A program made the position numbers and the translations under genes. A stretch of 54,852 nucleotides of DNA from Nitrospirota bacterium (lineage in GTDB: Bacteria; Nitrospirota; Thermodesulfovibrionia; Thermodesulfovibrionales; JdFR-85): positions 20,621 through 75,472 of the forward strand of contig JAADGG010000081.1 in assembly GCA_013152485.1 (NCBI GenBank), given 5' to 3'. Positions 1-11,185 of the stretch are shown in pieces. The notes under the pieces are model-generated. The model was not told the DNA's origin and ran no database searches. It saw only the letters and a program-made list of their open reading frames with translations. The stretch's first letter is position 1. Every line of letters starts with the position of its first letter.

Positions 1-78
1 CGGATGAAAAAAGACCCTTGAAAAGTGTTTCCTTTCCTTCCTGATCCTGTTCCCCTTTCTCCTGGGTTCCCGGCTCAT
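1..78 (-). CDS. ftsQ: 5' end of probable cell division protein FtsQ (runs off window edge)
   Basis: ATG at 78 overlaps the ddl stop (ATGA). The frame MSREPRRKGNRIRKERKHFSRVFFHP is open to position 1, with a basic cytoplasmic N-terminus. Identity rests mainly on dcw synteny. Confidence 0.6.
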   Translation of the reverse strand, partial: MSREPRRKGNRIRKERKHFSRVFFHP

Positions 79-1019
79 GCCACCACCCTCCTCTTCTTAT
101 TCAGCGCATCCATGATGATCCTCTCCACAAGCTCGAGGAAGTCATACCCGGCAACCGCCGCTATCTTCGGCAGCAGAGACGTCTCCGTCATGCCCGGAAT
201 GGTGTTGACCTCGAGCAGGCACGGGGTATCCGTTCCATCCACTATGAGGTCCACTCTCGTGGCACCCTCACACCCGAGGGCTCGGTGTGCCCGGAGAGCG
301 ATATCCTCGACCCTTCCGAGGACTTCTCCGTCCACCTCCGGAGGCAGCAGATACTCCGTCATGCCGGGAGTGTATTTCGAGTCGTAATCATAGAACCTGC
401 CGCTCGGCCTTATCTCGACGGCACCGAGCACGCTGTCGCCGAGGATCCCCACCTGGATCTCCCTTCCGTCTATGAAGCTCTCCACGACAACCCTGCCGCC
501 GTAAGCAAGGGCGCTGTTCACCGACTCCACGAGCCCCTCCCTGGTGCTTATGACGTTGACCCCGACACTCGAGCCTTCCCGTGAGGGCTTGACGACCCAT
601 GGAGGAGGGAACGGAGGCTCGATCACGGCCGGGTCCCGTCCGCTTCCCGCCTCCACGACCATATAGCTCGGGATATCGAGACCGTGGTACTGAAATATCT
701 TCTTCGACGCCTCCTTGTCCATTGCAAGTGCAGAGGCAAGTACGCCTGAACCAGTGTACGGTATACCCATGACCTCGAGCATACCCTGAACGGAGCCGTC
801 TTCTCCCCAGCCGCCGTGCAGCGCAATAAAGGCGACCTCGATGCGCTCCATTCTCAACGTCTCGCACATGGAGTCCGTGGCATCTATGAACACAACATCA
901 TAGCCCCTCTCTCTCAAGACACCGAAAACGGCGTTACCGCTCTTGAGCGAGATCTCCCTTTCCGCCGATACACCACCGGCGATAACGCCTACGCGCTTTT
1001 CCGTAACCAGGCCCTTCAT
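75..1019 (-). CDS. ddl: D-alanine--D-alanine ligase
   Basis: Motifs GGVSAEREISL, ALHGGWGEDG, GSSVGV, FYDYDSKY (Tyr-type, D-Ala-D-Ala) and EVNTIPGMT; dcw context. Confidence 0.97.
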   Translation of the reverse strand: MKGLVTEKRVGVIAGGVSAEREISLKSGNAVFGVLRERGYDVVFIDATDSMCETLRMERIEVAFIALHGGWGEDGSVQGMLEVMGIPYTGSGVLASALAMDKEASKKIFQYHGLDIPSYMVVEAGSGRDPAVIEPPFPPPWVVKPSREGSSVGVNVISTREGLVESVNSALAYGGRVVVESFIDGREIQVGILGDSVLGAVEIRPSGRFYDYDSKYTPGMTEYLLPPEVDGEVLGRVEDIALRAHRALGCEGATRVDLIVDGTDTPCLLEVNTIPGMTETSLLPKIAAVAGYDFLELVERIIMDALNKKRRVVA

Positions 1020-1951
1020 CTCCCCGACTCTCCACGCTTACCGAAGATCCTAATCTCCGGCTCGAGAACAACTCCGTACGTACGTGCTATCCCTTCAACG
1101 ACCGTATCCATCAGGGCGAGGAAGTCCACCGCCGTGCCCCCTCCCCTGTTAATGAAAAAGTTTGCATGCTTTCTGCTTATCTCTATACCTCCCGACCTCA
1201 TCCCCTTGTAACCCGCCTCGTCAATCAGTCTCGCCGCCGAATCGGCAGGGGGGTTCTTGAATACGCAGCCTGCAGACCGCTCCGAAACTGGTTGCGTCTT
1301 CTTCTTCATTTCCATGAACTCTTTCATCCTCCTGCGAACATCACCACTGTCATCCCTCTTCAGTGATATGTGGACACCGAGGATCACTGTCTCGCGAGGG
1401 ATTCCCCCCGAGCGGTAGGTCGCATCCATATCGTCTCTGTCCAGAGCCCCGAGACGGCCGTCCTTCAAGACGGTAACCCTCTGTACGGCATCCATAATCT
1501 CGTAGCCATAGGCTCCGGCGTTGCCAAAGACCGCCCCGCCGACGGTCCCGGGAACTCCAACCAGACCTTCAAGCCCTGAAAGCCCCTCCTCGCCGCAGAA
1601 CGAGATGAGCCGCTGAAGCGGCAGTCCTGACTGAGCAAAGACCAACACGTCGTCGCCCCTGACCTCGACCGTCTCCAGCCTCCGGAAGGCCCTGAGGCTT
1701 ACGATCACCTCGTCAAGTCCCTCATCCGACACCAGGAGGTTCGTACCGCCGCCTATCAGCAGATACCCCCTGTCCTCTCCCGCGAGCGCCTTCAAAAGGC
1801 TCACGAGGCTCGGCGTGTCATGGGGGATGAAGAGACAGGCGGCCCTGCCACCTATTCCCAGAGACGTATGATCCCTGAGCATCACATCCGTGAGGATATC
1901 CCCCCTGAACTCACCGTACAACCTCTCCCTCAAACCGCAACCGGAAACCAT
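1016..1951 (-). CDS. murB: UDP-N-acetylenolpyruvoylglucosamine reductase
   Basis: Motifs IGGGTNLL, GVPGTVGGAVFGNAGAYG, SAGCVFKNP, HANFFIN and LEPE. ATG at 1951 follows GGAGG; an alternative TTG start lies at 1966. Confidence 0.96.
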   Translation of the reverse strand: MVSGCGLRERLYGEFRGDILTDVMLRDHTSLGIGGRAACLFIPHDTPSLVSLLKALAGEDRGYLLIGGGTNLLVSDEGLDEVIVSLRAFRRLETVEVRGDDVLVFAQSGLPLQRLISFCGEEGLSGLEGLVGVPGTVGGAVFGNAGAYGYEIMDAVQRVTVLKDGRLGALDRDDMDATYRSGGIPRETVILGVHISLKRDDSGDVRRRMKEFMEMKKKTQPVSERSAGCVFKNPPADSAARLIDEAGYKGMRSGGIEISRKHANFFINRGGGTAVDFLALMDTVVEGIARTYGVVLEPEIRIFGKRGESGR

Positions 1952-1962
1952 TGCCCCTCCAT

Positions 1963-3336
1963 TCAACCTTCAACTCCGCAGCAGTTCAGTACCTCCTCTC
2001 CCACCCGCCAGACATCCCCTGCACCAAGGGTGAGGAGCAGATCCCCCTCTTTCAGTTCCGCACTGATGTCAGCCACCATCTCCCCCCTGTCCTTCATATA
2101 CCGTACATCCCCCAGCCGGTCTTTCAGCTCCCTGTAAAGGACCTCCGAGCTGACACCGGCTATCGGCTGCTCGCCTGCGGGATAGATGTCCATGAGATAG
2201 AGCACGTCCACACCATCGAACGAATCGATGAACTCCTGCATCAGCTCGCTCGTCCTCGAGTACCTATGCGGCTGAAAGACGACGATGAACCTTCCCCGCA
2301 CAGCCCTGCCGACCGACCCGAGCGTGGCCCTTATCTCTGTGGGATGATGGCCGTAATCATCGTATATCATAGCTCCCGAGAGCTCTCCCTTGAACTCGAA
2401 CCTCCTCTGAATCCCTGAAAAGGAAGCGAGCGCGTCCCTCACTGTTGCGACGTCTATCCTAAGTTCCAAAGCAACACAGATCGCACTGAGGGCGTTGAGC
2501 ACATTGTGATCACCCACAAGGGGAATCCTGAACTCCCCCAGCTCACCCTTGCCGCACGCCACGCCGAAGGCCATCCCAAACCCGTCGGTCCTTACGTCAA
2601 AGGCCCTGATGTCCGCATCGGAGGAAAGACCGAACGTGATGTACTTTCTGGTAAGCTTCTCGGTCATCTTCCTCAGGTAGGGGTTGTCCACGCACAGTAT
2701 CGACACGCCGTAGAAAGGGACCTTGTCGAGGAACTCCCTGAATGCGTTGCACAGTTTCTCCATGTTCTTGAAGTAGTCCATATGTTCCCTGTCTATGTTC
2801 GTGGCGAGGGCTATGGTGGGCGAGAGCTTCAGGAACGAGCCGTCACTCTCGTCCGCCTCTGCAATAAGAAAGTCACCCTGCCCCAGTCTTGCGTTCGAGC
2901 CCGTGGCCTTGAGCCGTCCGCCGATGACGACCGTCGGGTCGAGTCCTGCACGGGAGACAACGGCCGATATCAGAGAGGTGGTGGTGGTCTTCCCGTGCGC
3001 CCCTGCAACGAGGATGCTGTATTTAAGACGCCCCAGCTCCGCGAGCATCTCGGCCCTCGGTATCACGGGTATGGACCTGCGGCGTGCCTCGACGACCTCT
3101 GCATTGTCCTCGCCCACTGCGGAGGACTTGACCACTACGTGCGCACTGTCAACGTTTTCAGGCCTGTGACCTATGTATATCCTTATCCCCATGTCCCGCA
3201 GTCTTCTCGTATTGTCGGACTCTCTCACGTCGGAACCGGTGACTTCGTAGCCGAGGTTCTGAAGCACCTCTGCGATACCGCTCATGCCGATTCCGCCGAT
3301 GCCGACGAAATGTATCACTCTGAACCGTTCAAACAT
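1963..3336 (-). CDS. murC: UDP-N-acetylmuramate--L-alanine ligase
   Basis: Motifs HFVGIGGIGMSG, GAHGKTTTT, EADESDGSF, DDYGHHPTEI and FQPHRYSRT. Confidence 0.98.
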   Translation of the reverse strand: MFERFRVIHFVGIGGIGMSGIAEVLQNLGYEVTGSDVRESDNTRRLRDMGIRIYIGHRPENVDSAHVVVKSSAVGEDNAEVVEARRRSIPVIPRAEMLAELGRLKYSILVAGAHGKTTTTSLISAVVSRAGLDPTVVIGGRLKATGSNARLGQGDFLIAEADESDGSFLKLSPTIALATNIDREHMDYFKNMEKLCNAFREFLDKVPFYGVSILCVDNPYLRKMTEKLTRKYITFGLSSDADIRAFDVRTDGFGMAFGVACGKGELGEFRIPLVGDHNVLNALSAICVALELRIDVATVRDALASFSGIQRRFEFKGELSGAMIYDDYGHHPTEIRATLGSVGRAVRGRFIVVFQPHRYSRTSELMQEFIDSFDGVDVLYLMDIYPAGEQPIAGVSSEVLYRELKDRLGDVRYMKDRGEMVADISAELKEGDLLLTLGAGDVWRVGEEVLNCCGVEG

Positions 3337-4445
3337 TCTTCCCTGCTCCTTTCCAATGAGATCAGACTCAACGCAATATCCGCAATCCTCTTCACTGCAT
3401 CAGGCCTTCCAAGCCCCATGGCCTTTGTCTTCATATGTTCCCTCAGCGCAGGATCGTTGTACAGTCTCCTTATCTCGCCGGAGAGCCGCCTGCCGTTGAG
3501 TTCCGCGTTACGGACCATCACCGCCGCGCCCAGCCTCTCGAGTTTTCCGGCGTTGACCTCCTGGTGGTTCGCCGCTGCATAGGGATACGGAACAAGTATC
3601 GAGGGCTTGCCCGTAACGGTTATCTCGGCAAGCGTGGTCGCACCCGCTCTCGATACTACGAGGTCTGCAACGGCATATGCCTCGGGCATCTGATAGATGA
3701 AGGGCGAGACCATCGCCCTGTATCCGTAAGTCCTGTATGCGTCTCTCACCACCTCGAAATCCTTCTCTCCGGTCTGGTGCAGGAACTGTATCTCTTCCTT
3801 GAGGTCAAGAAGATACTGAAGTGCATCCATCACGGCCCTGTTTATGGACTCTGCTCCGGAGCTTCCTCCGAAAACGAATATGGTGAAGGGGCCGTCTGCG
3901 AGCGAGAAGAGTCTGAGGGCAGACGGCCTACTGCCTCTCAGGATCCTTTCCCGCACCGGATTTCCCGTAAGATGAACCTTCTCTCTCGGGAAATAGGCCA
4001 TACTGTCCTGATATGTTATACAGACGGACTTGACGACGTAACCCAACAGCCTGTTTGCCTTTCCTGCAACGGTATTCTGCTCGAGAAGCATTGTGGGTAT
4101 GGAGAGCATCCATGCGGCAGTGAGCGGAGCCAGGGAGGCATAGCCGCCTGAGCCGACCACGATATCAGGGCGGAACTCCCTCATAAACGAGAGGCTCTCC
4201 CTAATCGCGCGGGAAAACCTGTAAAGGGAGCGTACTTTCCTGACAACCGATACTCCCACAAACCCTTCTGCGGGGATGAACCTTATCGTATAGCCCTCCC
4301 GCGGCACGACCCTTGCCTCGATGCCGTGCATCGTGCCCATGAATACTATCTCCGTCCGGGAAGAACGAGCCTTCAGCTCCTCGGCAAGTGCGAGCCCCGG
4401 ATAGAGGTGTCCACCTGTTCCGCCTCCTGCAATGACAACCCTCAC
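3315..4445 (-). CDS. murG: Undecaprenyl-PP-MurNAc-pentapeptide GlcNAc transferase
   Basis: Motifs GGGTGGH, GGYAS, TGNPVR, GGSSGA, RAGATT and HQEVNA. The likely start is GTG at 4445, overlapping the ftsW stop (GTGA); the ORF-track extension to 4778 overlaps ftsW. Confidence 0.97.
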   Translation of the reverse strand: MRVVIAGGGTGGHLYPGLALAEELKARSSRTEIVFMGTMHGIEARVVPREGYTIRFIPAEGFVGVSVVRKVRSLYRFSRAIRESLSFMREFRPDIVVGSGGYASLAPLTAAWMLSIPTMLLEQNTVAGKANRLLGYVVKSVCITYQDSMAYFPREKVHLTGNPVRERILRGSRPSALRLFSLADGPFTIFVFGGSSGAESINRAVMDALQYLLDLKEEIQFLHQTGEKDFEVVRDAYRTYGYRAMVSPFIYQMPEAYAVADLVVSRAGATTLAEITVTGKPSILVPYPYAAANHQEVNAGKLERLGAAVMVRNAELNGRRLSGEIRRLYNDPALREHMKTKAMGLGRPDAVKRIADIALSLISLERSREECLNGSE

Positions 4446-5665
4446 AGGGGTCTCCTCCTCAGCCTGCGGGCCCTGAGTCCGGCCCTTCTCCCCGGACGGA
4501 TATCCCGTCCCGGGAGACCGTAGTGTTCGGGGTCGGACCTCGATATCCTCAACAACGTACCCGCGGCCATGAAGTTCACGAGCAGCGAAGAGCCGCCATA
4601 GCTTATGAAAGGCAGGGGAAGTCCCTTTGTGGGGACAAGCCCCGTAACAACCGCAATATTTATAAGTGCCTGCATGGTTATCATGATCGTCAAGCCGAGT
4701 GCGACATAGTAGGAGAACGCACTCTGCGCCCTGCCCGCAATCTTCATCCCGCGAACGAAGAATCCTATGAAGAGGCACAGCACGACGGTTACTCCGGCAA
4801 AGCCGAGTTCCTCTCCTACGAGGGCAAAGATGAAATCCGTGTTGACCTCGGGCAGAAACCTCAGCTTCTGCTTGCTCTCACCGAGCCCAACACCCGTCAG
4901 TCCCCCGGTGCCCAGGGCGATGAAGGACTGCACGAGCTGAAAGCCGCTGCCCCTGGGGTACTTCCAGGGGTCAAGGAATGCAAGCAGCCTCTCCATCCTG
5001 TAGGGTTCCATCAGGAGCTTGACGAGGAAGGGCAGCATTGCAGCGACGGCATACAGGATAAACCTTATCCTGGTGCCTGCCAGAAACAGCATGGTGAACG
5101 TTATGAGTCCAAGGGAGAAGGCACCGCCGAAGTCCGGCTGCATCAGGATCACTCCCTGAAAAGCGATCATGACGAGGAGCGGCTTCATGAAGGCCTTGAA
5201 GCTCTCCCTGTTGTACCGTGGAGTCGAGAGGTAGGCGGCCAGAGAGAGGACCATCGCGAACTTTGCGAGTTCCGCGGGTTGAAAGGTCGACGGCCAGAGC
5301 CTCAACCACCGCCTTGCCCCGTTGATCTTCACTCCAAGGCCTGGAATGAAGACGCAGAGCAACAGAAGCAACGAGAGCGCAAGGAGCGGATATGCGTACC
5401 GCCTCAACGTCGCGGGTTTCATCCTGTAGAAGAACCACATGGAGCCCAGGGCTATAAACAGGGTCATCACGTGCTTCTTCAGGTAGATGAACTGGGCCCC
5501 GGAATCCTCTGCCACGGCGCCTCCAGACTCGGAAACGGGCATAAGCGCGGTTGAACTGTAGACCATCACAACCCCTGCAAAAGAGAGCAGCAGAACTATC
5601 ATGAGCAGCCACCTGTCGGCTGTTCTGCCTTCTTCACCCTGCACTATCGGTCCCCTGCTGTTCAT
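4442..5665 (-). CDS. ftsW: SEDS peptidoglycan polymerase FtsW
   Basis: Multi-TM protein with motifs NGARRW, FQPAELAK, QPDFG, FLPEVNTDFIF and LPFISYGGSS. ATG at 5665 is preceded by GGGGAGG. Confidence 0.96.
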   Translation of the reverse strand: MNSRGPIVQGEEGRTADRWLLMIVLLLSFAGVVMVYSSTALMPVSESGGAVAEDSGAQFIYLKKHVMTLFIALGSMWFFYRMKPATLRRYAYPLLALSLLLLLCVFIPGLGVKINGARRWLRLWPSTFQPAELAKFAMVLSLAAYLSTPRYNRESFKAFMKPLLVMIAFQGVILMQPDFGGAFSLGLITFTMLFLAGTRIRFILYAVAAMLPFLVKLLMEPYRMERLLAFLDPWKYPRGSGFQLVQSFIALGTGGLTGVGLGESKQKLRFLPEVNTDFIFALVGEELGFAGVTVVLCLFIGFFVRGMKIAGRAQSAFSYYVALGLTIMITMQALINIAVVTGLVPTKGLPLPFISYGGSSLLVNFMAAGTLLRISRSDPEHYGLPGRDIRPGRRAGLRARRLRRRPL

Positions 5666-5784
5666 GACCTCCCCCACGATTCTCGACAAAATCCATCCGT
5701 CTTCACTGCAAACAGTGTTACGGGACCCGGCCGGGTTTCATGCCGTTGATCGCCGAACCCTCTGTTTCGCATCATGATCATCGC

Positions 5785-7167
5785 TTACCTGACAACCAGG
5801 GTGTTCCTGAGCCTCATGACAGACTCCTTGAACATGGCTCCCCTGTGCTCGAAGCTCTCGAACATGTCAAAGCTCGCACATCCCGGCGACAGAAGCACCA
5901 CGTCGCCTGCTTCGGCCATGGAGAACGCCGTGGTGACCGCGTCCTTCATGTCCCCGGCCTCGCACGCCTCCGCGATTCCTCCAAGCTGCCCGAGTATCTT
6001 CTGTCTCGCCTCTCCGATAACCACGAGCCCTTTGACCCTTCCCGTCATGTACTTCCTGAGGGTGGTGAAGTCGCTCCCCTTGTCCCTGCCGCCGAGGATC
6101 AGGATCACACCCTGCCGGAACCCCTCGAGAGACTTCACGACCGAGCCGATGTTGGTCCCCTTCGAGTCATTGTAAAACTCCACCCCTTCTATCTCGGCGA
6201 CAAACTCCATCCTGTGTTCAAGGCCCTTGAACTCTGAGAGCACCTCCCTGATTGCCGCAACATCCACACCGCAAAGGTATGAAACCAGCAAGGCAGCCAG
6301 GGCGTTCTCCGTATTGTGGGCTCCCCTTATCCTCAGGTCGCGCACACCCACGATTCCGATCTCACTGCCGTCAATCCCTATGCAGAGCCTGCCGTCTCTG
6401 ATGTAAGCCCCCCGGGGCCTCTCTTCCGTGGAGAAGTAGAAGAGCTCGGAGCGTGCACGACCGCCCAAGTCCCTGACGACCGGGTCATCCAGGTTCAGCA
6501 CGAGGCTGTCACCGGGGGTCTGATTCCTGAAGATCCGGGTCTTTGCCCGGATATAGTCACCGATGTCATCGTAGCGGTCCAGGTGATCCGGAGAGATGTT
6601 CAGTATGGACGCCACGGACGGTGCAAAGTCGCGTGTGCTCTCCAACTGGAAAGAGGAGACCTCGACGACCACGCGGTCCAGGTCTCCGGCACCGCCGTCC
6701 CTGACAACCCCCAGGACCTCCTCGGTTATAGGTGTTCCGATGTTTCCGCCGGCAATCACCCTCTGCCCGCCCCTTGCGAGGATCATGTGAACGAGGGTGG
6801 TCGTGGTCGACTTGCCGTTTGTTCCTGTAATGGCAACCCAGGGGATACCGTATGGACTCAGAATCCTGAAGGCAAGCTCCAGCTCCCCGATCACCTCGAT
6901 GCCGCGCTTTCCGGCCAGGTCGAAGAAGGGCTGGTCGAGGGGAACGCCCGGGCTCACCACCACCGTATCCGCATCGTCAAGGAGGCGGGCCGGATGCCCC
7001 CCTGTCTCAATCCCTACATCAGCGGGAAGCTCTTTCACGGCGTCTGAAAGCGCATCCCGCTCCCTCGCATCCGTCACCGTCACATCGGCACCGAGGAAAT
7101 GGAGCAGCCTCGCCGCGGCGATCCCGCTTCGACCGAGGCCTACTATCACTACATTCCTGGATCTCAT
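5785..7167 (-). CDS. murD: UDP-MurNAc-L-Ala--D-Glu ligase
   Basis: Motifs GLGRSG, SPGVP, ITGTNGKSTTT, EVSSFQLE, NDSKGTN and LLSPGCASFD. Start is ATG 7167 or TTG 7194. Confidence 0.96.
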   Translation of the reverse strand: MRSRNVVIVGLGRSGIAAARLLHFLGADVTVTDARERDALSDAVKELPADVGIETGGHPARLLDDADTVVVSPGVPLDQPFFDLAGKRGIEVIGELELAFRILSPYGIPWVAITGTNGKSTTTTLVHMILARGGQRVIAGGNIGTPITEEVLGVVRDGGAGDLDRVVVEVSSFQLESTRDFAPSVASILNISPDHLDRYDDIGDYIRAKTRIFRNQTPGDSLVLNLDDPVVRDLGGRARSELFYFSTEERPRGAYIRDGRLCIGIDGSEIGIVGVRDLRIRGAHNTENALAALLVSYLCGVDVAAIREVLSEFKGLEHRMEFVAEIEGVEFYNDSKGTNIGSVVKSLEGFRQGVILILGGRDKGSDFTTLRKYMTGRVKGLVVIGEARQKILGQLGGIAEACEAGDMKDAVTTAFSMAEAGDVVLLSPGCASFDMFESFEHRGAMFKESVMRLRNTLVVR

Positions 7168-7269
7168 CGAATATCCGGCGTTCTCGTATGACAACTCAAC
7201 ACACCTCGTACAAATCGTCAGCAAGCATGATGACGAAAGGCCCCGAGCCTGTTTCCGCCTTCACTCCGC

Positions 7270-8352
7270 TCACCTCAGCTTCAGTGTCGACAGGCTCAGC
7301 AGGGCCAGAATGATCCCCACAATCCAGAACCTCACAACCGTTTTCGGCTCGGGCCATCCCTTCACCTCGAAGTGGTGGTGAATGGGCGCCATCCTGAAGA
7401 CCCTCCTGCCTGTAAGCTTGAAGGAGAGCACCTGAAGAATGACGGAGACCGTCTCCACCACGAATATACCGCCGACAAGGGCGAGCACGATCTCGTGCTT
7501 GGTGATTACGGCAAGCGTGCCGAGTGCGCCGCCGAGTCCCAGAGAGCCCACGTCCCCCATGAATATTTCAGCAGGATAGGCGTTGTACCAGAGGAACCCC
7601 AAAGCAGCGCCGAACATCGCTCCGCAGAAAACCGTGAGTTCTCCTGTTCCGGGCAGGTAGAGAACCTGCAGGTACTGGGCAAGCCTGGCATGACCGCTTA
7701 TGTAGACAAAGACCCCGCTTGCAAGGGCTGCAACGGCTACGAGCCCGATGGCAAGACCGTCTATGCCGTCGGTAAGGTTGACGGCGTTCGATGATCCCAC
7801 GACAACAAAGACAGAAAAGGGGATATAAAACAGCCCGAGGTCGAGGAGCCATCTCTTGAAGAACGGCACGCTCAGCTTCGTGCTGTACGGATCCAGGGGA
7901 TTATGGTACAGAAACAGGCTGATCCCGGTTGCCAGGGCTATCTGGAGGGCAAACTTGTGACATGCCCGCAGGCCCTTGTGATTCCTCCTCACCACCTTCA
8001 GATAGTCGTCACTCAGGCCTATCAGTCCGAAGCCTGCCGTGGCCGTGATCAAGACCCAGGTATAGGGGTTTCTCAGGTCCATCCACAACAGGGCCGTCGT
8101 CAGGATGCTGGCAAGTATGAGGATCCCCCCCATGGTCGGCGTGCCCGCCTTTGATATATGCGTCCTGGGGCCGTCCTCCCTTATCTGCTGCGTGAGGCTG
8201 AAGCTCCTGAGCCTCTCTATCACGAAGGGGGCGAGCATGAACGTCAGCAGCGAGGCCGTTATAGCCGCGAGCACGGTCCTGAACGTGATGTACCTGAACA
8301 CGTTGAACGGAAAATAGTATTCATTCAGGCTGTATAGAAGTTCGTAAAGCAT
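7270..8352 (-). CDS. mraY: Phospho-MurNAc-pentapeptide transferase
   Basis: Motifs [34 protein letters not shown] and [14 protein letters not shown] coupling with murF. Confidence 0.98.
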   Translation of the reverse strand: MLYELLYSLNEYYFPFNVFRYITFRTVLAAITASLLTFMLAPFVIERLRSFSLTQQIREDGPRTHISKAGTPTMGGILILASILTTALLWMDLRNPYTWVLITATAGFGLIGLSDDYLKVVRRNHKGLRACHKFALQIALATGISLFLYHNPLDPYSTKLSVPFFKRWLLDLGLFYIPFSVFVVVGSSNAVNLTDGIDGLAIGLVAVAALASGVFVYISGHARLAQYLQVLYLPGTGELTVFCGAMFGAALGFLWYNAYPAEIFMGDVGSLGLGGALGTLAVITKHEIVLALVGGIFVVETVSVILQVLSFKLTGRRVFRMAPIHHHFEVKGWPEPKTVVRFWIVGIILALLSLSTLKLR

Positions 8353-9689
8353 CAATCCTCCAAGACCCTCTCGAGTCTCATTCCCCTCGACCCCTTTATG
8401 AGGATGGTATCATCTTCGCCCACAATCCCCAGCAACATATCCCGCGCCTCCTGCGGATCCTTGACGTGCACGGCCTTTGCATCGCCGTTTCCTCCGGAAA
8501 ACTCCTCGTATGTATACGACATAAGCTCGCCCACTGCTATCAGCACATCAATATCCAGTGTGGCAAGCCACCTGCCGAGCTTTCGGTGGGCCTGTTCTCC
8601 GTAGGGACCGAGCTCGAGCATGTCACCGAGGACAGCCACTGCACGGCCCCTTCTGAGCCTGACCAGCTCCTTGACCGCCTCCTCCATCGACGCGGGATTG
8701 GCATTGTACAGGTCGCTTATGACGAGTGCTCCCTTGAGCTCCTTCAGCTCGAGCCTCATCGGCACCCCCCTGAACTCACCCAGGGACGCACTGATCTCTT
8801 CGATCGGGACATCCAGCAGCCTGCAGGCGGCTACCGCGGCAAGGGCGTTATAAACATTGAACAGCCCGAAGACCCTGAGCCTTACATCTGCAGCACGGCC
8901 TCCCTCTTTCAGGTACACCCTGAACCTCACACCTCCCTCGTCATAAACGATCTCATCCGCCCGGACATCGACCCCTTGCCTCAGACCAAAGGTTACGACA
9001 CTGCACCGTCGCGGCACATCCCTGATGTTGGGATCGTCACCGTTCAGTACCGCGGTAGAGACAAAGTCGAGCAACTCGTACTTCGTGGCCCGCACCATCT
9101 CCAGGGAACCGAACCCCTCGAGATGAGCAGGTCCTATGTTGGTTATCACACCCAGATCCGGCCTGGCGATCTCCGACAGTTCACGAATGTCGCCAGCCCT
9201 GCTTGCACCCATCTCGAGAACCGCCATATCATGGTCGTCGAGCTCGGTGAGACAGAGCGGAAGCCCGATCTGGTTGTTGAGGTTTCCCGTACTGCTGAGG
9301 ACCTTGTGCCGCCCTTCGAGGACCACTGCTATCATTTCCTTCGTCGTCGTCTTGCCGTTGGTTCCCGTTACGCCGACGACCCTCGCCCTCCTGCTCAGCC
9401 GCCTGTGACGGGCTATCCCCTGAAGGGCCCTCAAGGTATTGCCGACATAGATTATGCTCCTGCCCCTCGGCACGACGGGCGGACAGCTCACAATGGCTCC
9501 AAGCCCCTTCTTGAGGGCCTCGTCAACAAAGAGGTGACCGTCGAAGCGCTCTCCCTTCAACGCAACGAAGAGCTCTCCGTCCCTTATAGTCCTGGAGTCT
9601 ATGGAGATGCCGCTGAAGGAGTCGGCCCCCCTGAGTATGAGCCTGCCCGATGTCGCCTCCAGGACTTCTGTCAAGGTATACCTGCTCAT
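8352..9689 (-). CDS. murF: UDP-MurNAc-tripeptide--D-Ala-D-Ala ligase
   Basis: Motifs [42 protein letters not shown] and KGSRGMRLE. Confidence 0.97.
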   Translation of the reverse strand: MSRYTLTEVLEATSGRLILRGADSFSGISIDSRTIRDGELFVALKGERFDGHLFVDEALKKGLGAIVSCPPVVPRGRSIIYVGNTLRALQGIARHRRLSRRARVVGVTGTNGKTTTKEMIAVVLEGRHKVLSSTGNLNNQIGLPLCLTELDDHDMAVLEMGASRAGDIRELSEIARPDLGVITNIGPAHLEGFGSLEMVRATKYELLDFVSTAVLNGDDPNIRDVPRRCSVVTFGLRQGVDVRADEIVYDEGGVRFRVYLKEGGRAADVRLRVFGLFNVYNALAAVAACRLLDVPIEEISASLGEFRGVPMRLELKELKGALVISDLYNANPASMEEAVKELVRLRRGRAVAVLGDMLELGPYGEQAHRKLGRWLATLDIDVLIAVGELMSYTYEEFSGGNGDAKAVHVKDPQEARDMLLGIVGEDDTILIKGSRGMRLERVLED

Positions 9690-11182
9690 CACGCTCCCTT
9701 CCCGACAACCGGCAGTCCCCTGACCGCCTCCTTCAGTACCTCCATGTCGCTGAAGGGGTGTCTCACTCCGTCTATCTCCTGGTAGTCCTCATGCCCCTTG
9801 CCCGCGATCAGCACGACGTCGTCAGGACGTGCAGCACGGACAGCCGCCTCAATGGCACTCTTTCTGTCGGGCTCTACAATGAATTCCGCGTTTCCCATGC
9901 CCTCCACTATTTCCTCTATGATATCGAGCGGATTCTCCGACCTCGGATTGTCCGATGTGACGACAGCCGTGTCAGAGAGTTCGGCAACTATCCTGCCCAT
10001 CTCCGGCCTCTTCCCCCTGTCCCTGTCACCTCCGCATCCGAAGACCGTGATAATACGGCCGCTGGTCAGCCTCCTGAGAGTCTTCAAGACCCTCTGCAGG
10101 GCGTCGGGGGTATGGGCATAGTCGACAATCGCAAGGAAGCCGCGCTCAGACCTTACCGGCTCCATCCTGCCCTCCACCCCGCGGCACAGTCTTACACCTT
10201 CAACTATCCGATCCCTTCCGATCCCCAGCGCAACAGAGGCACCGACGGCCGACAGTATGTTGTATACATTCGTCACACCTATAAGCGGTGATCTGATGCG
10301 GAACTCCTCCGAGCCGTATTTGACGGTGAAGTCGAGCCCCTCGAATCCCTCGTCTATATCAGCGGCACGGAGCTCGGCGTCCTCACTCTCGATGCCACAG
10401 GTTATTATGCGGAGTTCCGTCCCCTTACCGCCGGCCCTCCTTATCTCTTCAACCAACCTCCTGCCGTAGGCATCGTCTATGTTGACCACGGCTGCCCGCC
10501 TCGTCAGGTCCAGGAAGAGCCGCTGCTTCGCCCTGAAGTATGCCTCCATGTCTCCGTGGAAATCGAGGTGGTCCCTCGTGAGGTTCGTGAAAACGGAAAC
10601 GTCGAAGTCCGTACAGCTGACCCTCTTCAGCGACAGCGAATGAGATGAGACCTCGGCCACCGCATCCGTCACGCCCCTGTCGCACATCTCCGCAAGGAAC
10701 CTCTGAAAGTCGAGTGCTTCCGGTGTGGTGAACCTCCCCTTCACATGCTCGGCCCCGAGTATGTACCTTATCGTGCCGATAAGCCCCGCTCTCCGACCGT
10801 CGGCCCTGAGAATACTGAAGAGTATGTAGGATGTGGTCGTCTTGCCGTTGGTCCCCGTAACACCGGTAAGAGAGAGCCGACCGGAGGGATGGCCGTAAAA
10901 CCTGTCGGCGATGACCGCCATGGCAGTGTATATGTCCCGAACCTGCACGTACGGTATCTCCAACGACCGGGGTCTTGGCCTTTCCGAGACCACTGCCCCG
11001 GCTCTCCTCACAACGGCATCACTGATAAACTCATTGCCGTCAAAGCGGCCTCCCTTGACCGCAAAAAATATGTCTCCCTCCTTCACGCCTCTCGAGTCAG
11101 CGGAAAGGCCCCTTACCGTACAGTCACCCGTAACGGCAACAGGCATCACTCCATCCAAAAGCTCGCCGAGTCTCACAGGCAT
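9689..11182 (-). CDS. murE: UDP-MurNAc-dipeptide--meso-DAP ligase
   Basis: Motifs [39 protein letters not shown] and AGKGHE. The DNPR motif indicates meso-DAP specificity. Confidence 0.97.
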   Translation of the reverse strand: MPVRLGELLDGVMPVAVTGDCTVRGLSADSRGVKEGDIFFAVKGGRFDGNEFISDAVVRRAGAVVSERPRPRSLEIPYVQVRDIYTAMAVIADRFYGHPSGRLSLTGVTGTNGKTTTSYILFSILRADGRRAGLIGTIRYILGAEHVKGRFTTPEALDFQRFLAEMCDRGVTDAVAEVSSHSLSLKRVSCTDFDVSVFTNLTRDHLDFHGDMEAYFRAKQRLFLDLTRRAAVVNIDDAYGRRLVEEIRRAGGKGTELRIITCGIESEDAELRAADIDEGFEGLDFTVKYGSEEFRIRSPLIGVTNVYNILSAVGASVALGIGRDRIVEGVRLCRGVEGRMEPVRSERGFLAIVDYAHTPDALQRVLKTLRRLTSGRIITVFGCGGDRDRGKRPEMGRIVAELSDTAVVTSDNPRSENPLDIIEEIVEGMGNAEFIVEPDRKSAIEAAVRAARPDDVVLIAGKGHEDYQEIDGVRHPFSDMEVLKEAVRGLPVVGKGA

Positions 11183-11185
11183 AGG

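Noticed and set aside
4446-4778. ORF-track N-terminal extensions of murG (also nhaA 17643-17867, traF-like 18179-18310, fabG 51323-51409, rnc 49020-49091)
   Set aside because: They are non-homologous and overlap other genes or promoters. Downstream starts with an SD, coupling or family-typical length fit better.
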